The translations under genes were made by a program, and so were the position numbers. Shown in pieces: positions 25,310 through 38,297 of a DNA stretch of 64,000 bases. Each line of letters starts with the position of its first letter. Position 1 is the stretch's first letter. This stretch comes from Podarcis gaigeae (Eukaryota), in assembly GCA_964106915.2 (NCBI GenBank), contig OZ066916.1; one strand, 5' to 3'. The notes beneath the pieces were generated by a model, which did not search any database, was not told the DNA's origin, and saw only the letters and a program-made list of their open reading frames with translations.

Positions 25310-27051
25310 AACCATTACTGTTGCTTTTATTTTATTTCCCCCTCTAATCCAATGTGCAAGGTGCTCCAAGTGTCAACCTGATAAACAGCAGAAAGCACAA
25401 TCCACAAACCATTAGTAATACATTGTGCAGTGAGTCACTGATTACAGCCATCGTAGCGACGAGCCCTTAAAATAAAAGATATGCTTTTATTGTGGCTTTA
25501 ATCACACTTTCCCTCACCATGGCCCTCAGACATTCAATAGTAATGTATTTCATTCATATCATTTAAATGCAATAAAAGCACTTTTGTTCTCGGCTTTCTT
25601 GAGGAATTAAACTGTTGCTTGAAAAAGTGAAGCTTCCATGGAAGACAATTATTCATGGAAGCCACACGAAATCGTCTCTCCCTGCCTCCCGCATTCATCT
25701 TATCAATAACTTGTTTGTTTTTTGTTTTTAAAAAATGAGGTTACATGAATGCAGTGGTCTGCATAAATCCATTGGTGTGTGCCTTACCATCTGCTCCGTC
25801 ATCTTTTCTGAACTGTAAAAAGTGCAAAGCGTAGGGTCTGCAAAATCCATATGCAAAGATGTATGTTTAATTCAGCTGAGATTTGCTGTCACAGCAACCC
25901 TCCGAGTAACGAGGCAAGTCATATAACACTCAAGGACAGTCGCACTGCTGTCTGGGTAGGCAGGGTTACAAATGATCACATTTGATTGCATACAAATTGA
26001 TGTAATTGCAAAATCTAAACCAGTTTTATCAGGAGTGCGTAGATTTCTCTAAGGCAGGAGTTTTCAAACTGTGCTCCAGCCTGGGAACCCTGGAATTTCT
26101 TTCAGGCATATCAGGAGTTTCTCGAGAAGAAATTCGGAAAAGCTCAGCAGTATCAATTTCCTCTTGTGATCCAGATTTGTAGAATCATGCTGAGTTCATT
26201 TACAGCCAGCAAGTCTAGCATGAAAACAGTGTGCCCCCTGAAACATTATTCAGAATCCACTGCAACATTCTGGGGTTCATCAGTGGATAAGTTGAAACCA
26301 ACAGAACATGTATTCCGCAAATATATTAGTTTTCTTATAGAAACTATATTTTAGCAGGAAGATGAGTAGCGCATGTTCGGGTAGGGACATAATAATGGTT
26401 TCTGGCAAACCACAGTTTACAAATCAGGAGTCAGTTGGAAACATGGCCCCCTACCTAAATAAACGGTAGAATGCTAAGGTGGGTGAGAACATTTGAAAAC
26501 ACCATGCAATAATAATGGTGGGAGATGACCATATTTGACTCCTCCCTTACACTAAACCAGTCAATCACAAACCACAATGAAGCCTTCTGAGTTTGGAATC
26601 TGGGAAAGCCATGTCAAAGGACATGGCTGCTAATCAGACTTCAGCCTTGGCACTTATCCTCTTAATGAAGCACTGCTGAGGCAGTGTTGTTTAAGGCAGA
26701 GATGTGGAAACCGATGCCCTCTGGATGTTGTAAGGCTACACCCACCCATTGGCCATGGCTGGCTGGAGCTGATGGAGTTGGGAGTCCAACAACATCATTT
26801 GGAGGGTGCCACAGGTTTCCTGCCTCTGATTTAGGTATCATAGCAGAGTATAAGAGGTGTGGACAAGGGAAGAAATGTCAGGGAGCATAAATTGAAAGCT
26901 GGAACATCAAGCTGAAAACAGAAGTTTTCGGACAAGGAATGGATACCCCTCCTGACTAATGGCTTCATCTTTTTTCAGACATGCCACTTTGCCCAAAAAA
27001 ACAGCAAACCCTCTATTAAGGAAATCACTGTCCAACTAAAATGTAGGAAAA

Positions 27052-27293
27052 CAGTGGTACTTCAGGTTACAGACATTTCAGGTTACAGACGCTTCAGGTT
27101 ACAGACTCTGCTAACCCAGAAATAGTACCTCAGGTTAAGAACTTTGCTTCAGTATGAGAACAGAAATTGTGTGGCGGTGGCATGGCAGCAGCGGGAGGCC
27201 CCATTAGCTAAAGTGATACCTCAGGTTAAGAACAGTTTCAGGTTAAGAATGGACCTCCAGAACGAATTAAGTTCTTAACCCGAGGTACCAGTG
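27052..27293. mobile_element. Tc1/mariner-type MITE
   Basis: cagtggtac...ggtaccagtg-TA; same family as 17977-18218. Confidence 0.85.
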
Positions 27294-29426
27294 TATCAGG
27301 TTCTGTACAATGACTCCCTTAAAGCAAGATAGCGACAAAATAGGCAAAGAGGGTAGGGAAGCATGGAGGGCCTTCTTGCAAACTGGGCTGTGTCTACCTT
27401 AACACCAAATCTGTGTGGTGGGGTACATGACTTATTTGTAAATGCAAATAATCCCAGGGTCAATCTCTGGAATCTCCAGTTTAAAAAAACACCAACCAGA
27501 AGAAAGAGTGTTTTATGGGAAAGACCTTTGCCATAGAGCCACTTCTCCACATGGGCATAGCTGGGGGGAGGAACTGCCCCCCTGATCAAGTAAAACAATA
27601 GAAATATTTAGCTAACTGACCAGTCATGTTGGTTCTGCCCCCTAACCAAAGTCCCCCCGAACAAAGTCCTACCCCCCAACAAAAATCCTGGTTGTGCCCA
27701 CGCTTCTCCACTATGCTTGTTTTTTGGGTGGTGGTTGCCACTGTTTTTATTCTCCCCACAAAATACCCTGGAATGACACTGAATCAAGGACATTACAGGT
27801 GATGCAGAATGGTGACCAGTCTCTCAGCCACACCCTCCTGCTGCTATGACATGCATCTGCAGCAAAGGGGGGAAGATTCCTTAGTCAAAATGGAAGAAGC
27901 TTTGCTCTTCTGGTCACTGCTAATGGGGAGCCCCATCCCCGAGAAGCTGTTGAAGAATTTATCCTTGCTCCTCAGACAAACTCAGTTAAATGACTTCCCC
28001 TCCCTCTGATTTCTTTGCCAAGAATTAGAGCAGAGAATTTTGAGAGGCCGTTTTTGCCCAGCTCTAAAGTACAGCATCGAGTGGCATCTTCCACGTGTGG
28101 CAAGAGAGAGCACAGACAGAATTTCCGTATCCCCTCAGCCACAATGATTTTTTAAAAGGAGTCAGTTCACACATTCAACTGTGAGTCCACAAGTGCAGAA
28201 CCATCAAATGGCATGTGTGAAGAGGCCTGTAGACTTGGGGGGGGGGGAGGAGAGAGAGAAAGAATGTTTTTTTTTATATATAAACATTGCCCCGTTATTT
28301 TTGGCGCAGCTGAGGATCTGTTTATCACTCATTTGTGAAGCTCTATGTCTTAATATAGCAGCTCGTCAATTCAGAGGTAACTAATATTTCATTCAAGGTC
28401 ACATTTCTCCCCCTACCCCGAGTTCATTCATCATTATCTTTCTTTCCTGAAATCCAGTATAAGTCATCTAATTGCAAAGGTGGCTGGCAGCAATGCCGTA
28501 TGCCGCACGCTATAATTCAATCCGTGGTACTATACTGGAAGAAGAGGCTGCTTAATATATTTTCTGCAGCTGGGGAAACATATCAGGGGAATCATTTGCA
28601 CTGGAAAAATGGCTCTGGTGGGTGATCTCATCCATCCTTTTGCAAGGTGTGACGAGAGAGTTAGGAAACTGACGATTTCATATCTCATCGGATTTTTGTA
28701 GGCTAAGAACATCCAAAATCAGCAGAAGAAGGGCTCAGCCCTCTGATGTGACAGCTATAAAAAGACTATTGTGAGTAACGAGTTGCCAAATGGAAATGGT
28801 CAGACTCATCAAGATAAGTTGCACCTTAATTATATGCTTCTCTGAAGGTTTCTACACTAGCCTGCATATGGAAACTCTTAATTGAGAAGGGTGGACCAAC
28901 TTATTCTTAATCAGTTTCAGTGATTTTGGGTGTCCTATGCACAGATTTGATATTTTTTTTTCTCCCCCATCATGTTCAGACCTGCAAAGGGAGAAGAAAC
29001 AGTTTTAGAGCTGCAGAACAGACTCGAATCCCTCCAAGCCCTCTGAATGTTTGTCAGAATTGCAACACAATAGCAAATTCCACCCCAAAACTTATATGTT
29101 TAGCAATGACACCCACCTGCATGTACAGCGAGTTTAAATAATTATGTTGCAAGGCTTGCATTGCAACATTCAACTTGATAAAATGAGGCCTTGGTTTACA
29201 TTTCGTCAAAACCGACATAGAGCAGCCCTATGACACACACAGGGCAAGTAATGTTTGAGCCATTGGGACCATGCAGCTTCCTGGAAGTGATTTAGGGTGC
29301 AATCCTAACCCCAGATCTGATGGGGCGAGTGAGTTAGGTTGTGATGGATCTCTGGCTCAGAAGCCTAGTTTCTGGGTCAGTTGGCCTGTGATGCAGTCAA
29401 TCCTCAAATCCCCATCTCAAGTGCGT

Positions 29427-29784
29427 GTAAAGGTAAAGGGACCCCTGACCGTTAGGTCCAGTTGTAGACAACTCTGGGGTTGCGGTGCTCATCTCACTTT
29501 ACTGGCCGAGGGAGCTGATGTTTGTCCGCAGACAGTTTTTCCAGGTCATGTGGCCAGCATGACTAAGCCGCTTCTGGCGAAACCAGAGCAGCACACAGAA
29601 ACGCCGTTTACCTTCCCGCTTGAGTGGTACCTATTTATCTACATGCACTTTGACATGTTTTCGATCTGCTAGGTTGGTAGGAGCAGGGACCGAGCAACGG
29701 GAGCTCACCCCATCGCGGGGATTCGAACCGGTGTACTTCTGATTGGCAAGCCCTAGTCTCTGTGGTTTAGACCACAGCGCCACC
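29427..29784 (-). mobile_element. Sauria SINE
   Basis: Reversed tail gtaaaggtaaagggacccc and a full body. Confidence 0.9.
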
Positions 29785-29979
29785 CAAGTGGGGGCATCCT
29801 GGAGTAATTCCACATTTTGCCTCAGGCCTCGACTGGGTGAACCAGGCTTGGTGGGACGAAAAATGGGTGTTCTGGGGAAGTGGTAGGGACAAGAGTAGCA
29901 GGGAGGACTTATGCTACAACCTAACTCAATTCAGCTCAGTCAGCTGTCCAATATTAAGTTGCACTACAAACAACATGAA

Positions 29980-30326
29980 GGGACGCGGGTGGCGCTGTGG
30001 GTTAAACCACAGAGCCTAGGACTTTGCCGATCAGAAGGTCAGCGGCTTGAATCCCCATGATGGGGTGAGCTCCCATTGCTCAGTCCCTGCTCCTGCCAAC
30101 CTAGCAGTTAAAAAGCACACAGTGCAAGTAGATAAATAGGTACTGCTCCGGCGGGAAGGTAAACAGCGTTTCCGTGCGCTGCTCTGGTTCGCCAGAAGCG
30201 GCTTAGTCTTGCTGGCCACATGACCCGGAAGCTGCACTCCGGCTCCCTCGGCCAATAAAGCGAGATGAGCGCCGCAACCCCAGAGTCGGTCACGACTGGA
30301 CCTAATGGTCAGGGGTCCCTTTACCT
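29980..30326 (+). mobile_element. Sauria SINE, full length
   Basis: Head gggacgcgggtggcgctgtgg. 12-bp TSD tacaaacaacat at 29965-29976 and 30327-30338. Confidence 0.92.
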
Positions 30327-30847
30327 TACAAACAACATTATTGGGATAAAATAAAAGGAAGAAGAATGCACGGGCAGAGGCTTCTTTCCATTGTTTTCAT
30401 TGAGTTCAAAATCACCCTTCCCAAACTGCTTTTTCAACCACAGGTAGGAAAAGAAGATTTCGAAGGACAAATCTGAACGGATAACAACCACCAGGAAGGG
30501 GAAGGTTTAAGCAGCCTCTCCATCTAGTTCAAAATCACCCTCCCCAAGCTGCTTTTTTAACCCATATATGTCCCCCCCCCAGGCAGTTTCCCCTGCAGAT
30601 AAAAAGGCAGGCTCAGGAAAACAACTTTAACTTAAAACAAACCCAAGGAAGGGAAAGAGCTGAGCAGCCTCTCCATACCTCCCCTTCTTCCATTTAGGCA
30701 GCTTTGGGTAAGGGAAAAAAGGAGAAATAGTTATGGGATTTCATCTAATGTGTAGTTTGAACTAGATGCTTCAGCAGGGCAGAGAAATCAGAATGACAGA
30801 TACCCAAGCTAAATTTCAATATATAAATTGTCCCTCTCCCTGCACCA

Positions 30848-31002
30848 NNNNNNNNNNNNNNNNNNNNNNNNNNNNNNNNNNNNNNNNNNNNNNNNNNNNN
30901 NNNNNNNNNNNNNNNNNNNNNNNNNNNNNNNNNNNNNNNNNNNNNNNNNNNNNNNNNNNNNNNNNNNNNNNNNNNNNNNNNNNNNNNNNNNNNNNNNNNN
31001 NN
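30848..31002. other. Assembly gap (155 N)
   Basis: Run of N characters. Confidence 1.
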
Positions 31003-32959
31003 AGATAGTAAGGTTTATATATCTTATGTGAGCGCTGACCATCTTTCATACTATACAACCAACTGTCCCTGCTGTATTAGGCTGTAAGCTTCAGAATTGA
31101 TATAAAAGCCAAATCTGGCTTTATATGTGTGTGAACATGAGAAGAGTCCTGCTGGGTCAAACGAAAGGCCTATCCAGTACAGCAGTCTGTTCCCCCGGTG
31201 GCCAACCAGACACCCCTGGGAAGCCGCCAAGGAGGACATGAGTGCAACAACGTCCCCCTAAATCAAAGCCAATAGCTCCAGCTCAAAAGTTCTTACTCTG
31301 GAGCAGTGCAATTTATTTCAGAGAGAGTGAGCTACAAAATAATCAGACTTTCACAAGCACATGTCCCTTTGCTCTGATGGGATTTACTTGCACAGAAGAG
31401 CATTGGCCATCAATTGCCTGCACAGGAACTCATCTGAATCGTAGCAGATGGCATGGGACTTTCCCCTATCACTAAGGAACAGGATCCATCTGCTGAAAGG
31501 CGCTTCCTACCAAAGGAACATGTATCTCTTCTGCGCCACTTTCATGTCCTGCCAATGCTTATATACCTTTTATCTTGAAAAGGCAAAGAGAGATCTCCAC
31601 CTTGGGTTGTACATGTGAAAATCCCCACTGTAGAAAGCTGAAAGTTCAAATGAGCATGACTAAGACGCTGCTAGCAAAGATAAGGAGCGCTTGGCTGTGG
31701 CCACTGAAGTATGTACAATCTCCATATAAATATATTTTGGATCAAGGCGTTCTGTTACAAACAGGAAGGGCAATATCCCGCGGATGCATGCCATCATCCG
31801 AGTTGGCGCAAGTCATCTTTCTGCCTGGGGCAGAGCAGCAAAATGGCAGCCCTCTGCCTGAGTCAAGGTGAATGGTGCCTGAGACAGAGCAGGTTATTTT
31901 GGCATAAAATCCCATAAGAGATCCTACCCATTGACACATGGGATACATGTTTTCAGAGCCCACTTATTAGGAAAACAAAGTGGTAGAAACTAGAATGTCC
32001 TTCTCAGTGAGTACATTGTGCAGAAAAGAAGAAACAGAGATTTAAGTTTTAATAAATTATTGGTGCTTCCATTAAAAAGCAGCCTTTTTTTTCAGTATGA
32101 GAAGCACATTTGAATATCCACACTCCTATATATAAATACAGTATGCCTCGCTCAGTTGATATGGTAAGATTACAATGAGTTAATTGAATTTTCAAATGCA
32201 TCTTAAGAGAGATTACAGAAATAGCCAGTAAGCATCTCCAGGCAAATTTAAAAGTACATTTCTTTGTTCAGTTGCATTTACTAGTATTCCCCCCCCCCCA
32301 TCCTCAAAGTATAAAAAACAATTAAAATAGTAAAAAACATTAAATGCAGCATCCATGAAACAAAAAATATATAAACTGTCACCTGTGATCTACTGATTAA
32401 GGGAGAGTAATAAATTGGCCGTGGTGGTGGTGTTAGTATATTTAACAATTTTCTACCCTTTCATGATACCCCAAATCAGCTGCCTCAGTCTGCCTAATGG
32501 TGGAACTGGCCCTGCACATGATAAGTTGGATACAACCAGATGTGAAGAAAAATTGAGGCATGGCTGGCTCAGGGTTCACAGCTTCTCTGATAAAAGCCCT
32601 CTGAGGCCAGGGTGAATGCTACTCAGGATTATGAGGAAGTCACAGACCTGCTTAAAAAGTAGTCTGAACAACTGTGGATGCCTTTATTTATTAAACAGTA
32701 AAGCCATAATCCCCTAAGTAATTGCTCAGGTTGTTCTCCGTAGGTAAAACATGCCATAAAAATGAGAAACGGCATCAATAAACAAACTGTTAAGTGCTCT
32801 GAACTGTGACGAACTTTCAGCAGAGCCAGTACTGTAAATAATGCAGCAAGGATATTGATGGTGGATATTGATGGTGGAAAGAAGTGACAAGTGTATAGGA
32901 AAGGGTTGTTTGCCTAATGCTGGACACCAGGACAGAATGCCTGCAAAAAGAAGATGAGG

Positions 32960-33006
<47 letters not shown>
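32960..33006. repeat. (CTTT)n microsatellite
   Basis: Direct reading. Confidence 0.95.
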
Positions 33007-34775
33007 CTTGATAGAATAATTGATAGCTTGCTTTTCTTTTCTAAATCAAATTGGCAAGGACGTGGTTTCCTACGGAGCATGCTAATTGCATTACGATGTT
33101 ACACCAAATCACATTTTAATTTCAGGGACAGAAATGAAGACCTTGAGATGATGAAGGATTCTAAGGCTGCAATACTATACATGCTTCTTCGGAAGAAAGC
33201 TTCATCGGACAGTAGCACTCCATGTTTAAGTAAAACATGTGTGGGTATTTCACTGTTTGTTCCATCCTTTAGAGGTGCATACCCCGCAAACGTCCTGGAA
33301 AAAACTTAGCTGAGATTCCTGCATTGTAGGGCATTGGACTAGATGACTCTCAGAGTACCTTCCAAGTGTACATTTCTATGATTCCAGCACCAAGTACAGA
33401 CTCACCTGTTTGTCCAGGCATTTGTAGGTGATTAGCATATCCCTTGATGGAGTATGAGTAGCCCACCCTGCAGTTTTTAATTGTTTTCCTCCTAGTTGTA
33501 CTTTTAGTTCTTCATTGTTATGCTGATGTATAATTCTCACTATTTTAGTTGGTTTTATGCAACTCTGTGTTGCACACTGTACATTGGTTGCACAGTTTCC
33601 CCACCTTGAGATCTTTTTTATGACAAAGAGCAGATTAGAATTATCTCTTATAAATATGAATAAATATATCTGATTTACTTTGGTTATAGGAAGGGACATG
33701 TGACGCTCAATGTTTACTCAGAAACGAGTTCCAGTTCTAGGACTTACTCCCCAGTGAGTGCACAAGGAGAACTTCACTGCAAAATTCAAAGAAGTGCAAA
33801 TTTTGAAGGATGGACGTGTTTTGGTTCAAACATGTTGGTTGTTTTCTTTGTTTAAGCATGGATTCTGTAGATTTCCCTTTAATGCAAGCTAAATCAAGTT
33901 TCATACAGCCCTTAAGAGAAAAAGGCGCTGAAGGAAATTGCAAACCACAAGTGGGTAAATAATATTATTACCAGAAATTTTCATTACAGTTAGTACGAAA
34001 GGTGTGGTAGTGGCAATCATCATGCACTATTCATCATCACTACCACCACTAGGAATGCTTCAGATTCTCCCTCCCCCTCTTGCAAACAGTGAACTAAAGA
34101 GATTTACTGAAGGGAAAATAAAGAACCCAAATGAAAGCAAATAAGCCATTCAGCAAGAAAACGACTCCACGCTAAACTGCTGGTACTGATTGGTTTTCTA
34201 CGACCAGCAGTGTGTATGAATAGCTGTTTGCACAGGTTTTGTTGTCTTGCTTCATTTCCTGCAGAGTGTGGTAATCAGTGTTTAATTATTAAAATATGAT
34301 GGAGAGACCAACCCAGCTTTGCGGCACAATTTGTTGCTCTAACCTTCTCAGGAAGTTTCCCAGATGGAAGGTATTCAGCCGAGTCCCCTCTAGCTTAACT
34401 CAGAGACGAGCAGTGTGTAGGCTGAGCACTGTGGTTCATGCGCAATACTGAGCGGGGGAGGATTGCACCTCTATTTCCCTCCACCTTGAGGGGGGAAATG
34501 AGCAGAAAAAGAGCCAGAGGGTGGAAGCAACCTCTCCAAACAGCTTGCGGTTGCAATCTTTTGAATAAGGATGAGGAGCATGTCGTCCTCCAGATGTTGT
34601 TAGGCCCCAACTCCCATCACCCCTGGTCATTCTGAGTGATGGTGACTGGAATCCAGCATTACCTGGAGAGTCACAAGTGGCCCATCCTTGCTCTAGAGGT
34701 GACATTTGTCAAATGTCTATATGGAAGGGTGTAGTTTTGACTTTCATCACAGGATTGATGAGGTCAAAAGGTGGT

Positions 34776-35324
34776 TGTGAGTCGAGGACCTGCCACCTGC
34801 TTGAGGTTAAGAAAGATACATGGACACAGTATATTAGGTTAAGGTGCTGAAAAAGGCCACAACTTTATTGATTACATCATGTGAGTGGCATTAGCTTAGA
34901 CATTGGATAAAACAACAGAGCATGACTCCACCGCCTCAGGAAGGGGTGAGTCAAGGGTTAACTACCAGTAGGAGGAGCTTGTTGATGCAAATACAACTGT
35001 AAGCTCCCCCTGATGTCACCGGGGGTCGTGCCATGGCCCTAGCCACAAGCAAGGGCGTCGGACAGGATCCACGACCGCCGGATTCCTTTAACACAATACC
35101 CAAAAGTGGAGGGGTAGGTGATGTCCACACCCTGCCCTCCAATACACAAACCCAGCAGGGCAATGAAAGGGCAGTGCTGCCTTGGCCACATTTGAGTGGC
35201 TAAACCCTGCCCCCAAGCTTCCGCCCGATTGGCTGGCTGCCAGGGGGTGCGGCGCAGCAGCCAGGACAGCTGATGCAGGGGCCGGAATGCCCTCTGCTGA
35301 CGCAGGAAATGGCTCTCGCTCACA
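34776..35324 (-). mobile_element. LTR of an LTR retrotransposon or ERV, with an adjacent polypurine tract
   Basis: On the minus strand: TGTGAG...CTCACA termini, AATAAA at 34864-34869, CCAAT near 35228, and gaggggaggaga directly 5' of the TG (35325-35336). More GC/CpG-rich than the flanks. No TSD. Confidence 0.7.
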
Positions 35325-37849
35325 TCTCCTCCCCTCTGGAAGGAGGAGAGGCTTTCTCAGAAGTATCATCCAGGCAAGAGAAACGAAGTAAGTTCAGTTC
35401 TGTTTGCTGCCGTTTCTAAAGGCGATGCACCCAAGGCCTGCTAGACTCGCTACTATATTTATACTGTCATGGTGGTACTGATTTTTCTTTACTTTTATTA
35501 TAAGCCAACTTTCAAAATGTTGGTAAAGGTACTACAAAGTTGCGTGTTACGCTATGGATTAGCTACCACAAAAAAAGAGAAGGTATTATGCAAGTGAAAA
35601 TTCGTTGTTGCATTTGAAATGAATAAGTTAAATGCTGGTTAATGTGTCACTGTTCTGTAACTGAAAAGGCTTCAAAGAACATAGTGATTTAAAATAAGTG
35701 GTGTTCCAATCTCTTGAGAGGAAGCGCAGCGTACGAACGCACCAAATAAATAGCATCCACCACATTGCTGCAATTATATACAGACCGTTCTGACCTTGTT
35801 CTCAGAGAGCACAGAGGCCTCTTAATAATGGCACTGGGTTTTGTTTGCGTATGTAACATTAGTGTCTCACATCGAATATAACTGATCTGTAGAAAGGATT
35901 CTATGAACGGAAAACAGAGACGCTGTATGTACTTTTGTAACCTAATGAAATCTTTAACCAAAACATTTAAATAATAATAATAATGGCACTGGGGATGGTT
36001 CAGTTAAAGGTCTGATGAAGACAACCAGCCTACCAATGAATGTGGACACTTATGCACCACCAAAAAGAGGGCGAAAGAAGACACACATGTGCATACAATT
36101 CTCATATTCTCATTTATACATATCAAACGCAAATTTAGAAATGCTCACTATAATTTAAATGGAAACGCAGTGCCTCTTGCCATAATGGGGAAGGCTGTGA
36201 CTACATGACCTGCTCAGTTTCCTGTCAAAAAGTCCTGCTAACTGTTGATTGTCAACACTAAGACCTCTGATGTCCCTCATGATGGTTGCAAATATTTAAA
36301 TTGGACTTTGACCAGACAACACCCAGTTTCCAAAAAGTAAAATTTTCTACCTCAGTTTTGTTTTGCGGAAAGGTATCTCTCCCCTTGCCATGCTTTTGAA
36401 GGTCAGGGGCCTTATTGAGGGGTAAGGCTTGTCCACATTTTCCACTTAGCAGTCAGCTGTTGTTCAGAGGCTTTCCGCTCCATCTCCATCCTCTGAGCTG
36501 CTTTTTCAGGGATCCCACTCTTACTTGTCCAAATGCTACTTACTCCCATGACCTGTTCAATATGGGACACAGGGAGGGACCCAATGGCCATAGACCACTG
36601 ATTCACCAGTGCCTCAGACCATCAGTCCATCTACTTCAATATTGTCCACCCTGAATGATTTAGGCTGTGAGACATTTTTTTCTCTCTACTACCTTTTCTT
36701 TTCTTTGATTTGTTTTTGTTTCATTTTCCTTTTGTGTTATTGACTGAATATGTTTGATATGAAACCACCTGGAGTTATGTGAATTATTCGTAGTCTTGCT
36801 AGCAACAGGTAGAGTCACCCACGTCTTATAAATAATTTACAGTCTTTGGTCCTCTTCATTTTAAAATATATGTTTTAATTGTGCTTTTAATTTTCAATTG
36901 TTGTTGTTGATGTTGTTTGATATTGCATTTAACTGGCGTTTTCATCTTGTGAGCTGCCCAGAGAACTTACATTATGGGATAGCTATCTAAATTCAGTTAA
37001 TAATAGATACTAGATAAATAATAATTACTTGGGAAGATGGTAAATACATTTCAAAAACAAACAAACAAACAAACACATAAAAATGTACATTAAATCTTAA
37101 TAGATCTTATTACATTAGCTCTTAATAGGCCGGCTGGGATGGTAAACAAACAATGATGCATGAAAGGACTCAACATTATCTCATAATAATATCAAGACTC
37201 CCATTCAGTACCAAAAAAAAAAAAAAGTCAAACTAAAATGAGCTCAGAGGCCTTATATGCCTCTTTCAGAGGAAATAGGCAGTTAGCTGGAGGTCAGTCT
37301 TTGAACCCAACTACCTCATCTAAGGGACAGATAAAATCAAAGCCAATCTGTTGCTTATTTTAAAAAAGGAAATCATCAGAGATGCTTAAACCACCATACA
37401 AGATGTTTAAGGAGCATAAACTCCTCCAAGAGAACTTGCAATGCATCTGTGTTGCTGCCTCTTCTGTTCTCATTGCCGAGGGCTGTCCTCCATTCCAAAC
37501 CTTGGGCATAAACTTCTATTGACTTTCTTCCTATGTTCTCCCTGCCATCTTGGGAAGGTGTCGTTTGCAATTTTTCTCTTGCTGTTCAGAAGATAGATCA
37601 GCATCAAAGCTGCTGGGGGGTAAGGTTCCTTTATGCATCATCATATGAAGGGGAATTGTGCATAGATGGATTAAAATTGAAATGGTGGCATTCAACTGTT
37701 TTACTCAGAATAGATCCACTGGAATTAATGGACCTAACTTAGTTCAACACCCTAAAAGTAGTAGACACCCTGCAGCTAGGGATAGATTGATCTGTCCATC
37801 TCCATTTCTCATTTTTCCAATATTAAGTTCAGCTCATCACATTTCCACT

Positions 37850-37863
37850 TCAATCAATCATTA

Positions 37864-37903
<40 letters not shown>
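37850..37903. repeat. (TCAA)n microsatellite, probably the tail of a tiny LINE remnant (gaccataataaa on the minus strand, to about 37920)
   Basis: Direct reading. The junction resembles the element end at 39358-39385. Confidence 0.85.
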
Positions 37904-37904
<1 letters not shown>

Positions 37905-38049
37905 GAATTTATTATGGTCAAAGCACAACTGGGACAGCTTTCACAATAATAAAATATACATGTCAGGTTGTGGTTCTTTTTTAAAAGTGTGCATTTACCC
38001 CAATATCTACATTTTTTTTGTAAGTAATTCCACCCAATATACATGTTTT

Positions 38050-38297
38050 GGCAAGGAACCAAGCAGAGGGCCTTCTGGGTAGTAGCACCATTCCTGTGCA
38101 ATGGCCTCCTTTCAGATGTCAAGGAGATAAAGAACTACACAACTACACAACTTTTAGAAGATATCTGAAGGCAGCCCTGTACCAGGAAGTTTTTAATGTT
38201 TGGCATTTTATTATGTTTTTATATATGTTGTAAGCCACCCAGAGTGGCTGGGGAAACCCAGCCAGATGGGCAGGCTATCAATAATAATAATAATAAT
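38050..38297 (+). mobile_element. L2 LINE 3' fragment nested in the ~400 bp repeat
   Basis: Homologous to 8585-8822; the host repeat continues on both sides. Confidence 0.82.

Noticed and set aside
30766-31058. ORFs containing X runs
   Set aside because: Artifacts of the N gap.
31455-31464. Perfect NF-kB site GGGACTTTCC
   Set aside because: A single 10-mer with no supporting context, which is compatible with chance.
32917-33309. 130-aa ORF and a possible exon after tttcag at about 33125
   Set aside because: The N-terminus comes from the (CTTT)n repeat. The remainder has no recognisable homology and no convincing donor site.
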